From Tubiluchus corallicola (Eukaryota > Animalia > Priapulida), in assembly GCA_030141605.1 (NCBI GenBank), contig JAQGDQ010000184.1, positions 186,001 to 250,000 on the forward strand: a stretch of DNA of 64,000 bases, given 5' to 3'. Both the position numbers and the translations under genes were made by a program. Shown here in pieces: positions 1-12,200 of the stretch; position 1 is the first letter of the stretch; every line of letters starts with the position of its first letter. A model generated the notes under the pieces. It made no database searches, was not told the origin of the DNA, and saw only the letters and a list, made by a program, of their open reading frames with translations.

Positions 1-630
1 TGGGCTTCCGTGCCACATTCACAAAGCTCATCTCTAGCAAATCCAATATGTCTCATCAATTCATTGAATGGACCCTGTCCAGTCAATAACCCCACTGCTG
101 CTACTTCTACTCCTCTTTCGGATTTTCCAACTTTTAAAGTAAGAGTCGGATCTAAATTTTTATGCGACAAATTGGCTGTGCTTTCCCCACGTAGTTGAGC
201 ATTAGTCTTTAGTTTTTTACTCCATTTCATATTTAAATGCATATCATTTTGACGGTAGTGAAACACGTTGTGATGTAACTCTGTCACACGTTCGGAGCGA
301 ATATCAATATTTTTAGTGACGTACGTTGCTCATATGTAGCCGAAGTAGATGCTTCCGGTCCTGTGGGGTTGATGCTACACTACACATTTTTTCTGTAATG
401 TGGTTTCTAAGGATATCATTAGCATTACCACTTAGAACCTTTAAGAAAAATTTTACTCCTATAATTTTAGCGTTAAGGTCGATAGTTGGCAGACCGCAAA
501 TTTGTTCTAGAATTTCTCTCGCCGGGAAGAAGATGGAACCAGTCGCTGTTTTCATGACGTCATACATGATATCATCGAAGGCTGAGTATTTTCATGGCAG
601 CCAAGCTGATGATGCGTACAATATTATGGG
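1..630 (-). mobile_element. Decayed non-LTR retrotransposon (LINE) ORF2 C-terminal fragment
   Basis: Minus strand reads PIILYASSAWLP*...MYDVMKTATGSIFFPAREILEQICGLPTIDL, resembling the post-RT region of LINE ORF2. It then reads LLTGQGPFNELMRHIGFARDELCECG, like the C-terminal Cys motif of LINE ORF2. Contains stops and frameshifts. Confidence 0.65.
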
Positions 631-636
631 CAAGAT

Positions 637-654
637 GAGAGAGAGAAAGAGAGA

Positions 655-687
<33 letters not shown>

Positions 688-700
688 AAGAGAGAGAAAG
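637..700. repeat. (GA)n microsatellite
   Basis: Imperfect GA run seen directly. Confidence 0.95.
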
Positions 701-1773
701 AAAAATACTTTATCGTGTAGCTCTATGTATTGAGTTCACTGGCTTCATTTAGACAAGCTTTAAATTAGCGATTCACTGCATGCACTTGCACATATATGAA
801 ACCGGCAGTGCAGGCATTGCATCAATGTGACCGGCAGTTAATTAGCGGACAATCGCTATTTGGATTGGAGCTTGCTGTCTAATGATCACCCTTCCATTAA
901 TCAATTATGTATTAGATCACGTGTATTAAGTCACGTGATTTGTACAGTTTCATGCACCAGTTGTCCTAGGTAAATCGATCAACTTGTCTGCAACGCTTGG
1001 TCAGAAGGTCCGACGGATTAAGCTCACAATAATTACATTTCCCATTTCTCTGCGGTATTTTAGCTGGTTTTAGACGAGAAGCCACCCAGGGCAAGATGAA
1101 TGCCTTCCTTTGTTATCCACACATTGAACACTGTACGTCAAGTAGCTGGATGAAAATGATTAGTAATTTAGTAAATTTTAGTTTTAACGTTGCATCGGAG
1201 GGCTAGATCTGTTAAGGTTTTAGCCGATCCAATATAGGTGATGCAACAAACGCTAGCTGTAGTTCAGTAATTTTGATCACTCTGTTGATTTTTACGAGCA
1301 TCCCCTAAGACAATACCTTAAACTAACGCATACATGAATATACTGTGTGGGTTTCTTTGCTTAACTGTAGAGGGATGAGGAGGTTCTTAGCAAACGCATT
1401 CAATATAAAGTAATTTCTTTTCTTAGTTGGCTAAGTTTTGACAGTTAGTGACAATTGCCTTGGCTTCTTAACAAATTGACTGCGGTGGCGGCGACTATGA
1501 TGGTGATGACGCGACAACAACTTCTCTAATTCCGATGAATATATATATAGCATGGAAATAATGTAACGGCATTACGTACCATCCCATGTTACAACTAGTA
1601 ACAGCAGAAGTACTTGATCTAATGTTTTTGTAGGTAACAATGTCCAACGTTTGATTTGCATTGAATCTTCTTTAGTGAGATCAGCTGCAAAGGGTTGTGC
1701 TCCGTTAAACTTATTTATTTTAATCACGGTTTTTTTGTAAATCATGCCAAGACGGTGCGTGAGGGGTGAAAGA

Positions 1774-1777
<4 letters not shown>

Positions 1778-1849
<72 letters not shown>

Positions 1850-1903
1850 AGAGAGGAGAAAGAGGAGACACAGAGAAAGAGGAGACACAGAGAAAGAGAG
1901 AGA
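1778..1903. repeat. (GA)n microsatellite with degenerate purine-rich tail
   Basis: Long GA run; explains the ER/LS-repeat ORFs in the track. Confidence 0.95.
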
Positions 1904-3194
1904 CTGATAAGTGGTGTGGCTGTCTGCGACATAATAAAACCGAGCACTGCACAGTTATAGCAAAGCTTCGCATAGATAGTGGTGTAGTGTCATATTAAAT
2001 TACTGCCTGTGTTCGCTTTTGTGTCTCATTCACGGAAGCCCATTTCAGTGTACCAGTCTTTGTTCATTAATCATCATCCAATCTGGAACGTATGATCAGC
2101 GCTTTACATAGTGTCTATAACTCAATTACTCGCCGAATTTTAGTTCTCTTTCTCTGCAGCAATAAAAGTAAATTGGATGTGATCGTAGTTTACTGACTCG
2201 AGGGAAGGTAGTAAGGTTATGTAATAAAAATAAGTAAGTATCAAACGTGCAAATTTCCGACATGCAATGATTCATCGAAATTGCTTTCGTAGATAGTGTA
2301 AAATGTTATTTATTATTTATCTCAGAACTAAATAAATACACGCGGTCGTAGATACTTTTTAAAAACTATGTAGTAATATTTTTCTAAATGCTTTCTAAAA
2401 AGTATTTAATTCAGTTTCGGTTCACAGTTTCAATCTTTTATATCAGACTTAAAGTCAATATTAAAAAATCACATATTATATAATGATATAATATAATGAG
2501 AAAAATATATTAATACACCTTTCAGAAATATTAATTCAGAATATTTAGAATTATTCAGAATTATTTCAGAAAAACGTTTCTAAAAAACTTTACTTTGAAA
2601 TGTGAAAACATACTTTTTGAATCATTATTTATTAGGCTTATTATTTAAAATCATTAGCTTATAAGACAATTTTGGAATTGTTCATTTAGACCCCTTACCT
2701 CCCCATTCGGAGACGGTGGGGGGGGGGGTAAAGTTTAGTATCTATTTGCCGGAACCGCAGTCTAGGGTCCATCTTTTAAGTGAAGTGAAAAGAGACATCA
2801 CTGCGTCACCCATTTTCTCAGAAGCGCACACGTTGCTTCTTTATGCTGGCAAGATTCGGCTTTTGAACAAATGTACTGGCCATAAAATGACTTCGACAAA
2901 GTTTTATTTTACTGGGGAAATTAGTCAAGAATGGCATCAACCAGGCGACCGGTAATGATTACTCAATTTTTCTTTGCAGATACGCAATCACGCTACCTTA
3001 AAATCCACTGTGGTAGATTTTCAGTGAATGTTAAGCTGTAGCTAAATCTGGTAAGGATCAGCTAACGTTATACCTAATTAAGGGCGGCCACATAGTAATC
3101 AAACGAGACATTTGGTTTTAGTTCACGAGCTCTGTAGTGGACGCTGAATGTACAACACCTGATCACGTATAAAAGGAACTCCTGATTCAAACAA

Positions 3195-3480
3195 TGGTGA
3201 TGATGATGACCAAGACCACGACAACAACTATTATTACGACAATGAGGACAAGGACCAAATTTGAAGACAAGAGCAAGAACAAAAACAACGTCATCCTCAG
3301 CCTCAGCCACAGCACAACAACAGCAACTGCAGCGGCAGCGGCAGCAGCAACGTCAACGATAACGACAACGACAATGACAATGACAACAGCAATAGCAAAA
3401 GCAGCAAAACAACAATAACAAAAACAGAGCAACAACAACAACAACAACAACAACGACAGCAGCGGCAGTTGCAGTTGCAG
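3195..3480. repeat. Degenerate ACA/GCA trinucleotide low-complexity tract
   Basis: Mixed (ACA)n, (GCA)n and (ACG)n units. Confidence 0.85.
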
Positions 3481-4199
3481 TATTAATCTTGACAATTACT
3501 AGAGCCTGATGCCGCCACAACCATCCACATTAGGTCGGCTGTGTTTTTCAGAGCTGTGTCCTGGTTAGCAGTACGTCGTACTTTATGAAAAATATAAAGT
3601 AGTGAGCACACAGCTTCGTTATTCTAAGTTTGAAGTGGCAGCCTGTCAACTAGCAACTTGCTTGCAAGCATAATTACATAACAATAATTATAACTAATGA
3701 AATTGGTGTTGGTTTTTAATTCATAATTACAGTAAATAATCACACAATTATTATTTTCATTCCTATATTGAATGGCCATGACAGTGGTTTCCATCTTAAA
3801 ACTGATAAAACTGTGCGATCTTTGTGTGCTATAATCACTATTTTCCGCAGGCCTATTATTCAAGAGTTTACTGACAACAAAGTGACACAGGCAGACTTCC
3901 GGATTCTGTTACATTTAATGCAATGTTTAACCTATAAAAGCATTTTCTTAAGTCTTTTCTTATCGCTGTGGCTTCCGTTCGAAAATGGCAAATAATGAAC
4001 ATTGCGGAAATCACGTTAGCACGGGCCTCAATGCTAGTTGACTGGCCACAGTGCCAAGCGTTGTTAGGGTTGCTGTCCCAATAACAAGAGTCACACATAA
4101 AACTAGTCCGTGAATTCACAGCAATAATGCAAACGTCATTATAAAATTACAGTGAAAAAGCATATTCTGTTATCGCAACAAGACTTTTATAGACGACAG

Positions 4200-5190
4200 C
4201 ACTAGTTTTGATAAAAAGTGTAATTTAGGCTTTCCTAGACCTGTTCTAGATTTGCTTAAGTAAAGTATGCTACTCAAACTCTTTGTGTAAAACTACGTCT
4301 GATCCATTCACGATTACTTATGGAGTTCGACAAGGCGGGGTCCTCTCGGCCTATGTTTTCGCTGTTTATATCGATGATCTGAATAAAAAACTGTGTCGTA
4401 TTACTAATGCAACTTGTAGACTAAGCAGTGCTACTTTTAATTATATTTTTTACGCAGATGACCTATGTTTTGTCGCTCTTAGTGTAGAGGCGTTGCAAAA
4501 ACTTTTATATTGTAAAAACTACGCAGACACACATGACATTGCTTTTAACGCCAGCAAAACCAAATGTATGTACTTTGTTAAAACCTGAATGCGGCATATG
4601 GTGTTTGACAATATATATATGAGTGTGCGTGTGCGTGCGTGCGTGTGTGTGCGTGCGTGAGTGTGTGAGAACAAATATGCTCTGCACAAAATCTTTTTAT
4701 TGCTCAAGTAATGTTGCCATTTTTGTTGTGATCTTACTGTTCTAGTTTCCTGCAATAATTTCTGGCGAATGGTTATTTTATAAACACGGCAGTCTAGCAA
4801 AATTTCGCGTCTCCTACAATATTGCCCTCAGAAAGTTTTTTTTACTGTTAACACAGTATGCATGCGCCTGTAATTTGTGCAGACTACAATAATAATCACT
4901 TTAAGGTATTACTGTGTAAATGTGTTTTTAGCCCAGGAAATAGAATTTTAAATAATAGTAATATGATTTTATCTTGCATAACTGATTACAGATATTCGAT
5001 ATAAGTCAATGTACTTCCAATATTGGAACTCATTAATAATCTCATTATTTATTATCTAAACTAACTTGTGCCCCTCTTGTACAGTTTTTACGTTATGTAT
5101 ATAGCTTTATAGTCTACATTTTTATCATTTGTTTTATATAGTAGATTATGTGTTGATTTAAAGCTAAAATAAACGATAAATAAAATCGAT
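4200..5190 (+). mobile_element. Decayed LINE reverse transcriptase fragment (CR1/L2-group-like)
   Basis: ORF 4283-4588 has GVRQGGVLSAYVFAVYIDDL, FYADDL and FNASKTK, the RT core motifs including YADD. It is interrupted by a GT/GCGT microsatellite at ~4622-4668 and has an AATAAA-rich end near 5170. Confidence 0.9.
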
Positions 5191-6128
5191 AAACTGTTGC
5201 TGTTTATTGCGTAGGGCGTGGTGTCACGTGGCGTTATCCGCGTTTATTTTGTAAGGAAACGAGCCTCTTTAACCAAACAATACGTGTGTTGTTTGACATT
5301 GTTGAAATTACAACCCCCGGCAAATGTTTGATAGATTTTCTTACTTTAAGTTGAGGAATTCAAGTTTCTTTATTAATGTCAACTGATTTTTATGTATTTC
5401 ATCAATCCGGTCATTAATTTTAATCGTTGATTACCTCCTTAATTTTGTGAGCTTCGCGCAGCTGTCTTGTAAAACACAATAAACAAAGTAAAGTGCCAGC
5501 AAAGTTCAAAACTACAATAACTGACACGAGGAGACTAATATACGGCAGTATCAGATTCATTGTAACTCGTTTTCTGTGAGTTGCTGGCGAGAGCAGCTTC
5601 CTCAGTTTAGGATCGACTGTCGCCAAGTTACGTCACAGAAGCTGTATAAAAACTTGATTGAAGACACTAACAGCACGAAGTGAGGGAAAGAAATGAAGGC
5701 TTGCAAGCCACATTGCTGGAATTCTTTTGGCAAACTCCATGCAACGGTGATTAAGGTTAAGTTGTGACAAACAGGACCGCACAGAACATTAACAAACATT
5801 CATGTTATTAACACTGCGTTTATACATCTAGTTTTTTCTCTCTCGAGCTTCTGATCTCTGACAGTCTCCATCTGATTTTTCCCCCTGAAAATTACAACCT
5901 CACTCGATTGAAAAAATAATATCAGCAGGTCCTTCAGTCACTGGCAAGTTAGTCAAGGAAATCTAGAACTAATAAGTTTATATGCTTATAAAATTTAAGA
6001 TAAAAGGCCTCACACAAAAAGTAAGATGATAGTATCAACAAATTGTTTAAATGTGTAAACAACTTCCAGTTTGCTGGAGAAAATAAAACAAAATTCAGCA
6101 AAACCAGTTAAGATTGTGACAAACTCAC

Positions 6129-6278
6129 CTGTAACTCATTGATGGCAACCCAACTTGTTGGAGGGAAATCCTGTAACATTGGCACAAGAAACTGTAGACA
6201 ACCACTCCAATGACCAATCAATAACATCATGCTAATGAGGTTAAATATTCGCACAAAGATGTTCGCCATATTTAAAAA
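6129..6278 (-). CDS. Ih: HCN exon: S5 and start of pore loop
   Basis: ttctttcag|TTTTTAAATATGGCG...GAGTTACAG|gtgagt; 150 nt, phase 0-0; [50 protein letters not shown]. Confidence 0.95.
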
Positions 6279-9200
6279 CTGAAAGAAGAAAAAACGAAGA
6301 AAATTTAAAATGAAACAGGACTCTCGCTTAGTATGTCTGTATACGAATAGGCATATAGAAAGAAGTAGGATTAGTCTGTAATATATTAATTTTACTAATA
6401 TTTTACTCAAATACATTAGAAAAAAGCAAATCTGAATTTCCATGCGCATATTTTGGGTACAGAGATGTGAGTTTGGTATAATTGTATTTCAGTCAAATAA
6501 GTAATAATAATAATATAAAAACGACAATCTTGATTTAAGCTAAATTTTACAGACACTGGATGGGTGACAAACACAATTAATAATAATTATCTGACAGCCT
6601 ATTATTATTTAATTCAAACTTCAGCCGCTTTCTATTGTAACAAACAATACGTTGAACAGACCGTACACAAAAGAAATTCTTTTATTTATAATATAAGCCT
6701 TATCTTAATCTGATTTCTTTACGTTTGAAAAATTTAGCATGCATCATTTTAGCAAACGCTATATTTTACGTTGTGACCTACACTGTATCTAAAATTAGCT
6801 TGTATGAGGTCTATTTGAATGTGAAAAAATATTCAATGTCTCAAAGAGTCCAAAATAGGCTTCGTGTATTTTGGATTGGATGGCCTACAACTTTATTTAA
6901 ATAGCTAGGCTAGACGTTGAATCTCTAATGTTAAATGTGTACTTCTCATTGCATATTGAGTAACTGTAAAAGTTGACTCTGAACTTCCGACATTTTTGCA
7001 GTATTAAAATTCATGCAGAATTAGACTTGCAATTAGCTTATATGTTAGCAACATAAGCATAAAAAAGCTCTCCTGAAAACATATTCGGCTCACACATATA
7101 CAGCGGCCATTTGTCGATCTGCAAATGGATTGTGGTTTTATTTCTTAAAATATACTTTTTTGGTGTTCAAGAACAATAGATATAGACAATTGAAAACTAA
7201 CAAAGACGACGATACATTTTATAACAAACATTTCATAAAAACGCTTCATAAGAATACGCATAATCAAAATGTTTGTTTAATAGCAGATAAAATGCATGCT
7301 TGTATTCAAATTGTACTTCAAAAATCACTCAGATGCTATCACTCTAATAATAATTAAAGAGGGAAATGCAAATAAATAGGCCTTATGTTTGCAAAACAGT
7401 TTAGCATTTTTAATTAAAACGTGCCTGGAGACGAGATTACTTTAAGCTTAGATTCTAATATAGCACGTAGTTTAAAAGTTCTTAATTACTGCTTTTGAAA
7501 TTTATAATCAGAGGTGTACCACGAGTGATAGAAATTTTTCAAACAAATCTACCCAAGTTAAATTTTTATTATAATATAATTGTTTATAATAAGATATTAT
7601 ATAATTGACTGAGCGAATGTAGATGGCTATCTAAATGTCATGAATGGTCTTCTTTTATAGTAATTATTATTGTGTAAAATCTGTTTATCGTGCCGTCACA
7701 GATAATAATGACTAGACAAAGTGTGGTACCTCTTTTTGAAAATAAATTCACTACCAAGTCGAAGTTAGCCTACGGCCATACGTATATTTCTGGCTTAAAT
7801 ATTAAACATTCACGTAAAGATACCTTGGTCAACAGTAAATGTCAGCAATAAGCCAAGTTTAGCTATTGGTAAATTCGATTAACTAGATTAAACTGCCACG
7901 AAACACTGCAGTGAAGCACAGCTTGACGTCATGCGGCATGCGTCGTACACATGCGCAGCGCATGCAAGCAAAACCGTGCATGTAATTATTGCAAAATGCA
8001 AACCTAAAATTTGCAGAGCCAGCTAGCAAGGGTGAGGTGGAAAAAGATAACACAATCACATTTCTACACAAAATGCAAAAGATATACAAAAATGCAGAAA
8101 AGAAAACTGAAAGTGATACTGTAAACTCCAAACTGAAACAGCATTCCTTTTAAAACTTGCTCACACTTAGGAATTTAGGTGAAATCCAGCGACAGCAGAT
8201 CCATGAGCTGCAGGCGTCCACGAAAATACCAGCGTAATACTGAAACAGCCACGAAAGGGTTCAGCTCGGTTCCCTATTTGCTAAAACCCACGCAAAACTT
8301 TGCAGCGTTTCTCGTAATTAACGGTCTATACAACAAGAAATTCCGCAAAATTTTCCGCAGACTTTTGTGACGCACACTTAAAAGCGTTTTCCACTAAAAG
8401 CCCAGTGACTGCTAATAATAAGGTATTACTGACGCACAACCTATAATGCTACAGTTAGCATATTTAATAAGCTGATATTTTTTACTCAGACTTGCCCTGC
8501 CATGCCTCGGCATTATTGCTATTTATTGCCGGACAAGTGTACAATGAATGCCATCATGCACGTGACCCACTCCTAGTCGGTCAATGTGGCGGTCACAAAA
8601 CGACTGTTAGATATAGAGGTCGTTCTTACTTTTATTATCCAAAAATTATGCAACTTTTGAGACTCAGTGTATGATAGTCCTAACTGATACGCGTGAAAGG
8701 AAAAACAGAAAGATTCAAAACACGAATACTCAGTCTACAAACGTAAAAAGATCACAGGATTTCAAATGATTACACTAGTTTGAAAATAATTACACTAAAA
8801 CAAGCAAAACTGTTATTAATCAATGTAAATACAACTTACAAAAGAATACGGTGATACGTATTAGTGGGAAGACTGGGAATACACTGCATAAAGCCCCAGC
8901 TAATGACAAACTTTAAATTAATGCACAAGAAAATCTTTTTGGTTTAACGCAACTGAACTTTGGGCTGTTAATCAGTCTTTTGTCTTCTCAAATAAGTACG
9001 CATGCGTACAAATCGCAAACAGCTTAGGTTTTGCGTAAATTTCATAACACTCCGAAATCTGCACATTTAAAACACCGGTACATTTAGAAGGTTAAAGTGC
9101 ATGCTGTTATGTGGTAGAGCATGCCGTGCACCAGGTGGCACTTCGTATGTCTTTGCAATATATAGCAGGCGTGGCATGGCACGCAGATCAGACACAATGA

Positions 9201-12200
9201 CATGACATGTAGATTAAGTAGAGCATATTGACTTAGTCTTACCTCTTCCCATTGACTAACGTAGCGTATCAACCGAGAAAGACGTAGAAGACGTAATAAA
9301 CTAAGTAACTTCGCTAGTCGTAAAATTCGTATTGCACGTCCGGCTTGCAATATTTGAAAGTTCTCCTCAGATAGTGGGGCGTCTAATGTACCATTAAAAA
9401 TGAGGAATATATAGTCCATAGGAATGGAACTGACTAGATCTAAGAAGAACCAGGTTCTTAAGTACCGCCTGGCAATCTCTCTGGGGTTGAGTATTATCTG
9501 TTCTGAATGGTCAGCTGCTATGATACCTGTAAATATACATTTAACCAAAAAATAATCAATATAATAGAATTAAGCCAAACGCATTTTGCAAAATGTTATT
9601 ATATCAAAAATTCATATACATATATATCATATATATAAATATATATTCTTTTCTTCATAAGGGTAAATCTGGGCAAACTTCCTAGGAATCGGAAAATTAT
9701 TTTTGACCTACATAAATTTAAAACAAGTCTTTTAAAAAATAATTAATTACGCTTAATTTTACTATTAGTGATCCAAGTGTAATATTAAGTATGCTGCTGT
9801 ATACTGTAATAGTTTTTGTATTATATTATGAGTATATATTCTATTATATTATGTTATTGGATGTGTACATTTTACTGTTACTACTTACAGCTGTTTTATG
9901 TACGGATATATAAATTTTAACGATAGTGATATTTTATATAATAACAATATTATACAATAAACGTATAAGACGAAGTTAACAAAAGCATTTTTCAAAAATT
10001 GCACACTTAGCCACACTTGTCACTTTCGAGTCTTCGCGTAACGCTCAATTATCTGAATATTAAATTGATTTTTAAAATGACTTAAACGACCTCTATGACG
10101 CAAGACTCGTATAATCCCGTCTCAGCGTGAATTAATCTGGTAATAATCTGGCGTACTCATTTCTCACAAAGCCCATAGCAGAAATTTTCTAAACCACTGC
10201 ACTCTTTTAAATAGCGTTTACAACTTCCTGCATAGCGCTTTTCCTAATGAATTATGCCAAATCCTAACTGCATTTTCCTGATAAACGTATAAGAATTCCG
10301 CAGTATAGAAGCCAGTGGGTCGAGAGATTAATGAGTTGAAATGTTTGTTGCAGAATCAATACATCGATGAACTGTAGACATGAATGTAGCTTGTGATTAG
10401 TATCTATTAAATCTATTAAATGTCAAAGAAAAACATCATTACCAAAAAGTTTGTATTTTAGAAATTAATTGATTCCAATGTACTGAAAAGTATAGGCTTA
10501 AACATTATACAGATTCAAACATCCGTGCTAGACATCTGTAGGTCCACAACAGCCTAACATTCATGATAAAGCGATAAGGCTCGTTCATAATTAAGACTTA
10601 CCTTTAACTGAATATATGGCTAATAATATGACTGAATAACTGCATTGAAAATGTGGCTAAACAGAAACAAAGTACAAAGACAATTCTTATAATAACTAAG
10701 GACTAATGATTGCAATTCCCCTAGAAGATGTTAGATATCTTATTTTTTATTATTTAGTTAAAATGATAGATACCACTGAATTGGAAATTACACGATCTAA
10801 ATTATAAAGGCTGCATCATACTGCATTACATGTCAATTGACCGGTACCTTGGCAAATAGGCTTCAGATAATATTTCTAATTTATGGATTGTGATTTTTTT
10901 GTGCCATGCATTATTATTTATATTTACACTTTCCTAGAGTCAAAAATTTTTCCAAGCAGTTTCGCTTAGTAAAAATGGGAAAACATTAGAGAAAAAATTT
11001 TAAATTATAGCATACAACAACATTCAGTATTAACGGTTAACTACAGAGGCCAATTTGAAATACAATTAATGGTTTTGTAGATTTTTTAAAATTAAGTTTA
11101 TTACACTATTTAGAATCAGTTTTTTCGGTTTCATCAACAACCTACTACGTAATAAATTTCATTACATTTTTATTAAGAAAATTAACGTTTCTGCTGCACA
11201 CTATAGCAGTCGTCTTCAGGCAAATGTTTACAGTTGAGACGTTAACTTTCTTAATAAAAACATAATAAAATTTGCTAGATAGTGGGCTGTTTATGAAAGC
11301 AATATTGTCGTCGTTATAAAGAATTTAAAAACTTTATCAACTTACTATGATTATCTGATTCAAATCAAACCGTGTGACAGCGTAGTTTGATAATCTCTGT
11401 TCTTCGCTAATTTCCCTTAATACATATATTATTAAGATATTGTAAAGATTAAGAGTCCGTTATATAAAGATATCTTCTCACATAACCTGTTTTTTTCAAT
11501 TCAGATATGTTGTTTATAATTCAAAATATTGCACATTTATATATGGTGATAAGGACAACTGATTTGTGTTTTTTTGTAAGAAGATTCTTTATGGGTCGAG
11601 TGTTTCCTCTCATGACGATCAACTTCAGTATGACCACCAACGTCGTTGTCGTCATCATCGTCGCTGTCGTTTGTCGTATTCTCGCAGAGACTGAAGCCTA
11701 TTCTTATTTACAAAACGGACAGTAAATGGTCTCACGGTAGCATTTATGTTTTTTAAAAAATCATTCCAGCTCTCTTTCTATAGTCAATGAAATATAATAT
11801 TGAACGTGAAGATGCGATGTTTACGCAGAATCAAATAGCTTGCACTTATTTGCAATGCGTGCTATGCATCAATGAGTAGCTCCTTAGAAGACTCTCTTGC
11901 AGAATGAAAAGGACAGTCTTTGTCACTACTCACCGAATCAAAATTGCGTTCGACACTGCAATCTTAGATGTGGACGTGGTTAAATTAAATCAGTGCCGCC
12001 TATAAGAGATTCCATTTTTCGTAACTATTCCACAAAGAGATCAGGTTTTCGGTTTCATAGTAAAAAGAAATTTCATTTTGAGAAAGGCCAGAAGGCTCTC
12101 CGAAATCGACAGCAAGTCTAAGGCGTGTTATAAACGCGCGTGGTGACTTGGGCTAATGCGCGTCTTGGCCTTTTTGGCAAAAATATTTATTTGCGATCTG

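Noticed and set aside
1572-1998. ORFs with ER/RE/LS dipeptide repeats (also at 19394-19889 and 42960-43148)
   Set aside because: Artefacts of stop-free (GA)n microsatellites
5420-5799. Two hydrophobic minus-strand ORFs as possible next HCN exons
   Set aside because: No similarity to the expected pore helix/GYG/S6 sequence, and the best acceptor gives an immediate in-frame stop
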